From Candidatus Bathyarchaeia archaeon (GTDB taxonomy: Archaea > Thermoproteota > Bathyarchaeia > Bathyarchaeales > Bathycorpusculaceae): a DNA stretch of 64,000 bases. The stretch covers positions 128,001-192,000 of the forward strand of contig JAVZNC010000001.1 of the NCBI GenBank assembly GCA_038882955.1, read 5' to 3'. Positions 20,381-29,298 of the stretch are shown here, piece after piece (positions within the stretch are counted from its first letter, which is position 1; each line of letters opens with the position of its first letter). The notes under the pieces were generated by a model. It made no database searches. It was not told where the DNA came from and saw nothing but the letters and a program-made list of their open reading frames with translations. A program made the position numbers and the translations under genes.

Positions 20381-21946
20381 ATGAACGTGAAAGTTGAAAA
20401 AGTTGTTGAGTTTCGTATTCACCGTTACGACCCAGAAGGCAAAAGGCATTACCTGTCCACATACAATGTGCCAATACGGAGAGGCACAACGGTTCTTGAC
20501 GCGTTAAACTATATCAGGGACAACCTTGACAGCACATTAAGCTTCAGGCATTCATGCCGTATGGGCATATGCGGAAGCTGCGGAGTCAACATAAACGGAA
20601 AACCCATGCTTGCTTGTTACACGCAAGTGCTTGATTTAAACGCGGATTCGCTTGAAATTGCTCCGCTATCGAATTTGCCAGTGATAAAGGATTTAGTTGT
20701 TGACATTGAACCGTTCTTTGACACTTTCAAGAAGATTAGAACTGTGCTGATTAAGCCCGAATCTGAACTAGTGAAAATGGTTGAGTTTGTCCAGTCGCCG
20801 CTTGACCTCAAAAAGTACTGGGACTTAACCTTATGCACAAAATGTTCGATATGTTATTCGGCGTGCCCAGCAGCCATAGACGAAAGGTTCCTGGGGCCTT
20901 CAGCCCTAACGGCAAACTACAGATTCATTGCAGACTCAAGAGACGGAGGGGCGGATGAACGCCTAAAGCCAATGGCGGAAAACATATGGCTTTGCACGCA
21001 ATGCAACTCGTGTACGCTCTTCTGTCCAAAACAAGTTGACTGTGCAAACGCCTTGGTTAACGACCACTGTGTGCTTGTTGAGGCTGGAAACATCCCAAGA
21101 ACAGTTAAAGATGTGCTTGAAAGCGTCTACAAACACAATAACCCCATGGGGACACATCAAAGCAAGAGGATGGACTGGGCGAAGGGATTAAACGTTAAAA
21201 CTTATCCAACTGTTACCGAAGCGGAGGTTCTGTTCTTTGTTTGCTGTTCAAACGCTTTTGACACAAGAAACCAAGAAACAGCGCGAATAATGGCTTCAAT
21301 CTTCGACAAACTAAGTGTAAATTATGCAACCTTGGGCTCTGAAGAATGGTGTTGTGGAGACCACATACTGCGTATGGGCGAGCGAGGCCTATTTGAGGTC
21401 CTAGCAGAACACAACATCACCATGTTCAAAAAGTTCAACGCTCAAAAAATCGTAACAATGTCGCCTCACTGCTACAACACGTTTAAGAATGATAAGCCGT
21501 ACAGCGAAGCAAACTTGAACGTTCAGCATTACACGCAGTTTTTGGCAGAAGCCCTAAACTCTGGAAAACTTAAACTTTCAAAAGCTCTCAATAGGCGAGT
21601 AGCCTATCACGACCCATGTTTTCTGGGTAAACGCAACAACATATTCGACGAACCGAGACAGATTTTACAGGCGATAAAAGGCTTGGAACTAGTTGAAATG
21701 AAAAGGACAAGGCAGAGCAGCTTCTGCTGTGGCGGAGGCGCTGGGAGAGTTTGGACCGAAGAGGCACCTGCTGAAAAGAGACCATGCGTTGAGAGGGTTA
21801 AAGAGGCACTAGAATTGAACGTTGACACAATAGCCGTTGCATGTCCATACTGCATCACGACACTTGAAGACGCAATAAAAGTGTTGGATGTTGAAGGCAA
21901 AGTCGCCGTTAAGGATATCCTCGAACTCGTGAAAGAGGCGCTTTAG
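20381..21946 (+). CDS. SdhB/FrdB Fe-S subunit fused to two CCG (HdrD-like) domains; thiol:fumarate reductase TfrB-like
   Basis: SCRMGICGSC [2Fe-2S], two CxxCxxCxxxCP motifs, then WCCG..SPHC and YHDPC..FCCGGG..ACPYC CCG domains. Confidence 0.85.
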   Translation: MNVKVEKVVEFRIHRYDPEGKRHYLSTYNVPIRRGTTVLDALNYIRDNLDSTLSFRHSCRMGICGSCGVNINGKPMLACYTQVLDLNADSLEIAPLSNLPVIKDLVVDIEPFFDTFKKIRTVLIKPESELVKMVEFVQSPLDLKKYWDLTLCTKCSICYSACPAAIDERFLGPSALTANYRFIADSRDGGADERLKPMAENIWLCTQCNSCTLFCPKQVDCANALVNDHCVLVEAGNIPRTVKDVLESVYKHNNPMGTHQSKRMDWAKGLNVKTYPTVTEAEVLFFVCCSNAFDTRNQETARIMASIFDKLSVNYATLGSEEWCCGDHILRMGERGLFEVLAEHNITMFKKFNAQKIVTMSPHCYNTFKNDKPYSEANLNVQHYTQFLAEALNSGKLKLSKALNRRVAYHDPCFLGKRNNIFDEPRQILQAIKGLELVEMKRTRQSSFCCGGGAGRVWTEEAPAEKRPCVERVKEALELNVDTIAVACPYCITTLEDAIKVLDVEGKVAVKDILELVKEAL

Positions 21947-22076
21947 CGCTAACTGCACTCTCCCTTTTTAATTGCCAATTTTATTCTTTAAAGTTTGCAA
22001 AAAGTTAGAGATACATTAATATAACTTATCACGTAAATTATATGACTCTATTTAAGCTAAGTTTGGAGGAAAAATC

Positions 22077-23939
22077 GTGTACGGCTATGCTGGTCGAGTA
22101 CTCCACATAGATTTAACAACAGGAAAAACTCACGTTGAACCATTAAACGAAGACTACGCAAAAAAATATATCGGCGGAATAGGCCTAGGCATGCGCCTCT
22201 GGCTTGACCACTCACAAGCGGGAGTAGACCCGTTAAGTCCAGAAAATCCGCTGATTCTCACAACAGGTCCAGTTTCAGGCACGGTCTGGCCAACTGGCGG
22301 AAACGGCCACGCTTTTGTGGCGAAATCTCCTCAAAGCTACGGTGTGGGCGAAGCTAAATCGCACGGTTCGTTTGGAACGGAGCTGAAGAGGGCTGGATAC
22401 GACGCCGTGATTTTAAAGGGGAGGGCGGAAAAGCCCGTTTACGTTTGGATTGACGATGATTCTGTTCAGCTATTAAGCGCTTCACATTTAATGGGAAAGT
22501 CACCAGCTGACACCGAAGACGCGATAAAAGAGGAACTTGGCGACTACTACATTCGCGTAGCGGCAATAGGTCCAGCTGGAGAAAAACTCGTTCGAATAGC
22601 ATGCATAATAAATGAAAAGACCAGGGCTGCTGGAAGAACTGGGCTAGGCGCCGTTATGGGTTCAAAGAACCTTAAGGCAATCGCTGTCCGCGGAACCCAC
22701 GACATCACTGTGGCAAAACCAGACGAGTTCATGGAGTTCGTCAAAGAATTTCACGAAAGAATGAAGGGACCAGCCACGCAGAAATATAGAACTTTAGGCA
22801 CGCCAGAAAACGTCTTGGTACACAACGCCTTGCACTGTATGCCCACAAGAAACTATAACAACGCGTATTTTGAGGCAGCTGAGAAAGTGAGCGGAGAGGC
22901 ATTAAACGAGCGATACGTCGCAAAAATAATTGGATGCAGCTCATGTGCAATGCGATGTGAGCACGTTTGCGTAGTAACAGAGGGACCATACAAGGGTGCC
23001 ATGACACGGATGGAGTATGAGCCGCTTTGGGCTATGGGACCGTACTGCGGCGTTGACCGCCTGGACGCCATAATAAAGGGCATGGACTTGTGCAACTATT
23101 ATGGGATAGATGCCATCAGCGCTGGAGTGATTGTTGGCTTCGCAATGGACTGTTACGAAAATGGAATTTTAACGCAGAAGGACATGGACGGACTGGATGC
23201 ACGTTTTGGCAATCATGAAGCACTGGTTCAGCTTATAGAGAAAATGGGCAAACGCGAGGGGATAGGCGACATTCTCGCAGAAGGCGTAAAAGTTGCTGGA
23301 GAAAAAATAGGCAAGGGCGCAGAAAAACTCGCCCAACACATCAAGGGCGTCGAAGTTACGGGATACGACTTAAGATGCTTAAAAACAGCTGCCTTGGGCT
23401 TCGCAGTCTCCTTCAGAGGGGCAGACCATAATAGGCACGGCGCTTACGCTTTCGACGTGAAGGGAAAAGTTAACCGTTTGGTTGCCGAGAAGGGAAGAGG
23501 AAAAATGGTTAAGGACATGGAGGACATGTACACCATAATTGATTCGATGATAGTCTGCAAGTTCTCAAGGGGAACATACTACAAGGAAGCAGAAGACCTT
23601 GCGAAGCTTTACACTTTGGTGACTGGAATTGAGATGACGCCGGAAGAAATACGTCGTTGCGGCGAAAGAATAAACAATGTAGCAAGAGTTTTCAATGTCA
23701 GAGAAGGCTTAAGCAGAAAAGACGACACGTTACCATGGAAGGTCATGCACCAGCCAATCCAAGATGAGGGACCAGCCAAAGGCGCCTACGTTTCACAGGC
23801 GGAGCTGGACTTGCTTTTGGATGATTATTACGAGGCGCGTGGATGGACAAGGGAGGGCATACCAAAAGTAGAGAAGCTTAAGGAGTTAGGCATAGACGAC
23901 TTAATTCACATAGTTGAAGGAAAAATAAAAGGAGCGTAG
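22077..23939 (+). CDS. aor: Tungsten aldehyde:ferredoxin oxidoreductase family protein
   Basis: KSP, AAGRTGLGAVMGSKNLKAI, CSSCAMRC, EYE, DSMIVCKF, YYEARGW. Confidence 0.92.
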   Translation: MYGYAGRVLHIDLTTGKTHVEPLNEDYAKKYIGGIGLGMRLWLDHSQAGVDPLSPENPLILTTGPVSGTVWPTGGNGHAFVAKSPQSYGVGEAKSHGSFGTELKRAGYDAVILKGRAEKPVYVWIDDDSVQLLSASHLMGKSPADTEDAIKEELGDYYIRVAAIGPAGEKLVRIACIINEKTRAAGRTGLGAVMGSKNLKAIAVRGTHDITVAKPDEFMEFVKEFHERMKGPATQKYRTLGTPENVLVHNALHCMPTRNYNNAYFEAAEKVSGEALNERYVAKIIGCSSCAMRCEHVCVVTEGPYKGAMTRMEYEPLWAMGPYCGVDRLDAIIKGMDLCNYYGIDAISAGVIVGFAMDCYENGILTQKDMDGLDARFGNHEALVQLIEKMGKREGIGDILAEGVKVAGEKIGKGAEKLAQHIKGVEVTGYDLRCLKTAALGFAVSFRGADHNRHGAYAFDVKGKVNRLVAEKGRGKMVKDMEDMYTIIDSMIVCKFSRGTYYKEAEDLAKLYTLVTGIEMTPEEIRRCGERINNVARVFNVREGLSRKDDTLPWKVMHQPIQDEGPAKGAYVSQAELDLLLDDYYEARGWTREGIPKVEKLKELGIDDLIHIVEGKIKGA

Positions 23940-23943
23940 CATT

Positions 23944-24450
23944 ATGGTTAAGATTCACGAGAGAAAATTCGTCACAGCAGACCCAGACAAGTGTGTAGGA
24001 TGCCAAGTATGTGAATACGTCTGCTCTTTTACGAAGGAGAAGTCTTTCAACCCTTTAAAGTCGAGAATACGCGTTGTGCGGTTGAACCCGCTTGTAAACA
24101 TTTCAATCTCATGTAGGCTATGCGAAGACCCGCCATGCGTTGCCGCTTGCCCGAGAGACGCCCTTTCGCAGTCTGAAGAAAACGGCATAATAATAGTTGA
24201 CGAGGACAAATGCAATGGATGCGGATGGTGCATTGAGGCATGCGATTACGGCGCGATAATGATACACCCAGAAAAGAAGACGGTGTTTGTCTGCGACCTC
24301 TGCAAGGACAAAGGCGAACCACAATGCGTTAAATGGTGCCCAGAAGAAGCCTTAGACCTAGTAACAAGCGACGTCCTAGCGCAGAAGGCAAGGATTGCAG
24401 CTACAAAGAAGCTTTTCCAAGAAGCAATGAAAGTAACCGCTGGAACCTAA
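23944..24450 (+). CDS. 4x[4Fe-4S] electron transfer protein (DmsB/HydN-like), AOR partner
   Basis: CVGCQVCEYVC, CRLCEDPPCVAACP, CNGCGWCIEAC, CDLC..PQCVKWCP; 4 bp after aor. Confidence 0.9.
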   Translation: MVKIHERKFVTADPDKCVGCQVCEYVCSFTKEKSFNPLKSRIRVVRLNPLVNISISCRLCEDPPCVAACPRDALSQSEENGIIIVDEDKCNGCGWCIEACDYGAIMIHPEKKTVFVCDLCKDKGEPQCVKWCPEEALDLVTSDVLAQKARIAATKKLFQEAMKVTAGT

Positions 24451-24497
24451 CCGCCATCTCCATTTTTCTTTATTCGCGTTCACGTTCAAACCGTCGA

Positions 24498-24998
24498 TTA
24501 TGGGAGGACCTCCAAAAGCAGATTAACAATTTTTGTGGCTGAAGCTGCAACCTCTCTTGTTAAGCCTTCGCTGAACTCTGCACTTTTCGGTTGTATGAGC
24601 AGCAAGGCAATTTTCGCCTCCAAAGTTTTGGATAGGTACTCACAAAACAAGCGCAGCGGAAGCATGTGCGTTGAAAACGCTGAAGAAAACGCCAAATCCT
24701 CTGGATAAACAAGCCTTGCCTCTCCTGGCTTCAGCCCCAGAACTGCAGCGTCAATTAGTAAGACATGTGTTGGGTTGAAATCTATTATCTGTTGTATGAA
24801 ACTTTCTGGGACGGTTTCGCATTCAATCAGAAAAACCTTCGCGGAGACTTTTCCGCGGAGGTCTTGGACAATCTTGACTCCGACAAAGTCGTCCATTCTT
24901 ATTGGGTTTCCGATTCCGGCGATAACAACTTTTTTTGCGTTAGAAAGCCAGTTCTTTAAATCTTTTTTTAGCTTTTGATTAACCAAAAAATTCGCCAT
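24498..24998 (-). CDS. hycI: [NiFe]-hydrogenase maturation endopeptidase (HycI-like)
   Basis: GIGNPIRMDDFVG, ETVPE, IDAA, STH-x-LP; follows mvhA. Confidence 0.9.
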   Translation of the reverse strand: MANFLVNQKLKKDLKNWLSNAKKVVIAGIGNPIRMDDFVGVKIVQDLRGKVSAKVFLIECETVPESFIQQIIDFNPTHVLLIDAAVLGLKPGEARLVYPEDLAFSSAFSTHMLPLRLFCEYLSKTLEAKIALLLIQPKSAEFSEGLTREVAASATKIVNLLLEVLP

Positions 24999-25017
24999 AA
25001 ATAAAGTGGGGGGATGT

Positions 25018-26472
25018 TTATCTTTGCAATGTTTTTATTAGTTTCTTTTCGTTGTTGAAGATTTCTATTGTTAGCGGCATCTGTCCAAAAGCGAAGTGGG
25101 TGGCACATCCAAAGCACGGGTCATACGCCCTAAAAGCCATTTCAACCATATTCAAAATGCCATGGTCAACTTTGTCGCCGTGTATCAAGCCTTTAGCGGC
25201 ATTCCGAACAGACATGTTTATTGATGGACTGTTGTTGACCGTCGCAACTATTAGGTTAACGTCTCTTATCAGTGCATTTTCATCCAAAACGTAATGGTGA
25301 ATAAGCGTTCCCCTAGCTGCTTCAACAACGCCCACGCCTTCTCCCGGCGCGCCTGGCTTGTTGCGCACATCCTTGCTCGTTATTTCTGGGTCTCTGCTTA
25401 GTTCAAAAGCTCTTTCAGCAGCATAGAGTAGTTCTATTAGCCTAGCCCAGTGATAGGCAAGCGTTGAGTGAACTGGTTTTCCGCCAAGCGTCTTATACAT
25501 AAACTCGTACTCTTCCTGCGCCAGTGGCGTTGCCATCCCGTCTGCAGCGTTAAGTCTTCCAAGCGGTCCAACACGATATGCTCCGCTTTCTGGACCGTCA
25601 ACAAAGCCTTTCCATCCAATTTTCTTTAGGTATGGGAATTTCACGTAAGTCCACTCTTCAACGTGTTCTGCAATGTGGTCAAGGTAGTTTTTGGCTTCGA
25701 ACTTCACGAATTCTTTGCCGTTGGGGTCTACAACGCGGATTTTGCCGTCGTAAAAGTTCACTTTGTTGTTTTCGTCAACTAAGCCCATATAGTAAGTTCG
25801 AAGAGTGTAAGCGTCGCTCTTAATCAAGTCGACGTATTTGCTGTTTCCAAGAACAATGTCATGGAAAAGTTTCAGCGAAAACTTGGCGAAGTTCACGGCT
25901 GAAGAAGCCATCTTCTCAATTTCGCTCCGCTCTTCTTCGCTTAATGGTTTGGAGATTCCGCCTGGAATTCCGCAGACTGGATGTGTGGCTTTTCCGCCGA
26001 TTATTTCGGTTATCCTCTGCCCATAGGCTCTGTGCTTTATGACTTCTTTGCCGATTTCGAGTCCAGCCTTTTCGATGACGCCTATGACGTTTCTTTTTTC
26101 TGGTGGGGCGTCTGGTCCTACGACGAAGTCTGGTCCGCCCAAATAATAGAAGTGTAGTGTATGGTCGTAAATGTAGTAGCCGCAGTACATTAGTTCGCGG
26201 AGTTTTTTGGCTGCTGATGGCGGTTCAACGTTGAACGCTGCGTCCAAAGCTTTTGTTCCAGCCATGTGATGCGCAACTGGGCAAACGCCGCAAATCCTAC
26301 TCGTCAAAAGCGGCATGTCCTCAGCCTTTCTTCCAACACAAAACTTTTCAAAACCCCTGAGTTCTGGAATCTGTAGGTAGGCGTTTTCCACTTCGCCCGC
26401 ATCGTTTAGAAATATGGCTATTTTTCCGTGTCCCTCAAGCCTCGTTATCGGGTCAATAACAACCTTCCTCAT
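25018..26472 (-). CDS. mvhA: Group 3c [NiFe]-hydrogenase large subunit (copy 1)
   Basis: TRLEGHG, L1 RICGVCP, L2 RAYDPCFGCATH plus cleavable C-terminal extension; context mvhG/hdr. Confidence 0.93.
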   Translation of the reverse strand: MRKVVIDPITRLEGHGKIAIFLNDAGEVENAYLQIPELRGFEKFCVGRKAEDMPLLTSRICGVCPVAHHMAGTKALDAAFNVEPPSAAKKLRELMYCGYYIYDHTLHFYYLGGPDFVVGPDAPPEKRNVIGVIEKAGLEIGKEVIKHRAYGQRITEIIGGKATHPVCGIPGGISKPLSEEERSEIEKMASSAVNFAKFSLKLFHDIVLGNSKYVDLIKSDAYTLRTYYMGLVDENNKVNFYDGKIRVVDPNGKEFVKFEAKNYLDHIAEHVEEWTYVKFPYLKKIGWKGFVDGPESGAYRVGPLGRLNAADGMATPLAQEEYEFMYKTLGGKPVHSTLAYHWARLIELLYAAERAFELSRDPEITSKDVRNKPGAPGEGVGVVEAARGTLIHHYVLDENALIRDVNLIVATVNNSPSINMSVRNAAKGLIHGDKVDHGILNMVEMAFRAYDPCFGCATHFAFGQMPLTIEIFNNEKKLIKTLQR

Positions 26473-27461
26473 TTTTGCATAATCCTCCTACGCAAAATTG
26501 AAGCTGGCAAAGCGTACATGTAAAAAGTGCCAATCGGATCCTTTATTTGGCTAACCAGTTTCTCCACTTCCTCTTCCGTGTATTTTTCCTTCTCCTCTTC
26601 CAAGCCAAGTATAGATGCAAGCGCACTTATCATGGCTGCTCCTTGTTCTGGCGAGTTCGGACACGGTCCACCGCATCCCGTGCACGGCATGTCTGCCTTT
26701 AAGCATCTTGCTCCGCATCCGCCTCTTGTGGCGGGTCCCATGCAGATTATTCCCTGTTCCAGTAGGCATTTTTCTGGTTCTGGAGCCTTCTCGTAAACGC
26801 GGTATACACGCGATATCTTCTTGTTCTCCTTCTTTCTTGGACATTCATCGCAAACAGACTTTAGCGGCGCAAGCACAGAGCCTTTCGGCGGCAATTCGCC
26901 TTTGGCTATGACTTCCAAAGCGTATAAAGTGCGTTCAACCGCTGGTGGACAGCCAGGAACATAATAATCCACATCCACGGTCTGGTCAAGCGTTCTAACA
27001 GTGTCATAGAACTCTGGAATGTCTAATTCGCCCTCCTTAACCGCAACTTTCGGCTTTGGCACAGTCTTGTTTGGGTTTGCAGTTGAAAATGTCTCAGCAT
27101 AAACCTTCTCGAAAATTTCTTCGCGGTTAGTCAAGTTCGCAAGTCCTGGAACCCCGCCGAGGTGCGCACAGGCGCCATAGGCAACGAGTATTTTTGATTT
27201 TTGCCTCAAAAGTTTAGCCATGTGCTCCTGCTCGCTGTTGCGGATCCCACCATTAAAGAAACACACGTCAATATACTTGTCAGGCATCGCCTCAACATCT
27301 TTGTATTTTATGTCTATGGCCACTGGCCAAAAGACGATATCGGCTATTTGCAGTACATCCAGTATTTTTTCGTTTATGTCGAGAACGGCGATTTCGCAGC
27401 CACCACAACTCGCAGCCCAATAAAACGCAAATTTCAGCTTATTCTTACTCATTTTATGCAC
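26469..27461 (-). CDS. mvhG: Group 3c [NiFe]-hydrogenase small subunit (copy 1)
   Basis: SCGGC, GACA, PGCPP, VCDECP, CLLEQGIICMGPAT, CTGCGG. Confidence 0.92.
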   Translation of the reverse strand: MHKMSKNKLKFAFYWAASCGGCEIAVLDINEKILDVLQIADIVFWPVAIDIKYKDVEAMPDKYIDVCFFNGGIRNSEQEHMAKLLRQKSKILVAYGACAHLGGVPGLANLTNREEIFEKVYAETFSTANPNKTVPKPKVAVKEGELDIPEFYDTVRTLDQTVDVDYYVPGCPPAVERTLYALEVIAKGELPPKGSVLAPLKSVCDECPRKKENKKISRVYRVYEKAPEPEKCLLEQGIICMGPATRGGCGARCLKADMPCTGCGGPCPNSPEQGAAMISALASILGLEEEKEKYTEEEVEKLVSQIKDPIGTFYMYALPASILRRRIMQK

Positions 27462-28359
27462 CTTCCAACGCTGTTTTCAATATTTTTGAGGCATCAACCC
27501 TAAGCTCGTTGAAGGCAAGCTCTTCTGGTGGTATTCCCATCGCCAAGCCGAGCAACTGCGTATAATGCAGTATAGGTATGCCGTAGGTTTCGTTGAACAT
27601 TTTTTCTATGCGCAACTCGTTAGTGTCATACATTATGTGGCAGAATGGACATATCGTGATCATGGCTTGGGCGCCAACCATCTTTATGTGATTAAGCTTG
27701 TCCCGTGCAAGCTGAAGTGCAATCTTGTCGTTCACGCCCACGCTTGGAGCACCACAACACTCTGTCTCGTCGAGATAGTCTAGGCATGTGGCGCCAGTAG
27801 CCTCCACAAGCCTCTTAAGCGTCTGCGGGTCTTCTGGGTCGTCAAATCCAATGTATTCTTTCGGTCTCAAAATGTGGCAGCCGTTATGTTCTGCAACCCT
27901 AAGCGCCGTTAAAGGCTTTACAATCGCATTCTTTATCCGTTCCAAGCCAACATCCTCGATGAGCACCTGCATCAAGTGCTTTGCGTCTATTGTTCCTTTA
28001 AACTCTAAACCAGTTTCTTTCAAGTGTTTGTTTATTTCTTCGCGCAGTACCTTGTCTTCCTTCAACATCTTATTAACTTTCTTAAGCGTGCCAGCACAGC
28101 CAGGACAAAGTGTTAAAATGTTTAGTCCCTCACGCTCTGCCAGAGCGAGGTTTCTCGCCGCCAAAATGAGCATCATTTCGTGGCTTACTGGGTCCATTGG
28201 CAAGCCGCAGCAGTTGAATTCTGGCATCTCAACGAGTTCTACGCCTAATTTTTGAAGCACTTTCCGCGCTGAGATTTCGTAGGCTGAAACCCTGTAGGGT
28301 ATTGCGCATCCGAGGAAGATTAGGAATTTATTTTGTGGCACTTTTCTCACCTTCAACAA
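27454..28359 (-). CDS. hdrB: Heterodisulfide reductase subunit B (copy 1)
   Basis: Two CCG domains: GC..NCCG..CPGC and GCH..ECCG..CPFC. Confidence 0.92.
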   Translation of the reverse strand: MLKVRKVPQNKFLIFLGCAIPYRVSAYEISARKVLQKLGVELVEMPEFNCCGLPMDPVSHEMMLILAARNLALAEREGLNILTLCPGCAGTLKKVNKMLKEDKVLREEINKHLKETGLEFKGTIDAKHLMQVLIEDVGLERIKNAIVKPLTALRVAEHNGCHILRPKEYIGFDDPEDPQTLKRLVEATGATCLDYLDETECCGAPSVGVNDKIALQLARDKLNHIKMVGAQAMITICPFCHIMYDTNELRIEKMFNETYGIPILHYTQLLGLAMGIPPEELAFNELRVDASKILKTALEGA

Positions 28360-28861
28360 ACTTTAGGAAGCCTACGCCGTGGAGACTCTTTCTAATGCTT
28401 TCGGGGTTTCCACGCGGCAAGGGCGGCAAACCCAGACTTTCCCTCTTCTTTATTCGCAGGTCTGGGATTTTGTAGGCGTATCCAGACTCTAGGATGCTTG
28501 ACGCTTGCTCCTTGAAAACTTGCGGTATATAGCCTCTTTCAGCTGCCAAATTACGGAGCACGCGTATGACGCTTGCAACTTCAACGTCTTGTGGACATCT
28601 GTCCGTGCACGTAAAACACGAGGCGCAAAGCCACAACGTGTCGCTACTCAAAACTCTTTCACGTAAACCAAGCTGCGTCATGCGTATAATCTGCCTAGGT
28701 CTATAAGTGTCGCTGAACTTTGCTATGGGACAGTCGGAAGTGCATGTGCCGCACTGGAAGCAGAGCATGAGTTTTTCTCCGCCTGGCAGCTTCGCAATTT
28801 CATATTTAAATTTGGGGTCAATTTCAGAAGCCTTTATGGGTTCTTTTTCTGCTTGCGACAT
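28328..28861 (-). CDS. hdrC: Heterodisulfide reductase subunit C (copy 1)
   Basis: CFQCGTCTSDCP and LWLCASCFTCTDRCP. Confidence 0.92.
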   Translation of the reverse strand: MSQAEKEPIKASEIDPKFKYEIAKLPGGEKLMLCFQCGTCTSDCPIAKFSDTYRPRQIIRMTQLGLRERVLSSDTLWLCASCFTCTDRCPQDVEVASVIRVLRNLAAERGYIPQVFKEQASSILESGYAYKIPDLRIKKRESLGLPPLPRGNPESIRKSLHGVGFLKFVEGEKSATK

Positions 28862-29298
28862 TAAGTTTTAACCTCCATTTTCTTTAGGGGGCTTGGACCA
28901 AGCTTTTTTATTTCTTCAACCATTTCGCGTACTATGGCTGCGAAACGGTCTCCTTCGCTTGCGGAAACCCATTCCAGCCGCAGACGTTCTGGTTCGATTC
29001 CAAATTCTTTCAGAATTTTCCTTAATAATGTTACCCTTCTCAAAGCCTTAAAGTTTCCACTAATATAGTGGCAATCTGATGGCAGGTGGCATCCAGCCAC
29101 TAGCACGCCGTCGGCTCCGTTTTTGAATGCTTCCAAGATGAAGATTGGGTCGATTCTGCCGCTGCACATGACGCGTACAATCCTAATGTTTGGCGGATAT
29201 TGGATTCGGCTTACGCCTGCTAGGTCTGCGCCTGCGTAGCTGCACCAGTTGCATAGGAAACCGATTATTTTTGGTTCAAAATTCTCTTTTTCTGTCAT
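28861..29298 (-). CDS. mvhD: Hydrogenase-associated [2Fe-2S] subunit MvhD
   Basis: [36 protein letters not shown]. Confidence 0.95.
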   Translation of the reverse strand: MTEKENFEPKIIGFLCNWCSYAGADLAGVSRIQYPPNIRIVRVMCSGRIDPIFILEAFKNGADGVLVAGCHLPSDCHYISGNFKALRRVTLLRKILKEFGIEPERLRLEWVSASEGDRFAAIVREMVEEIKKLGPSPLKKMEVKT

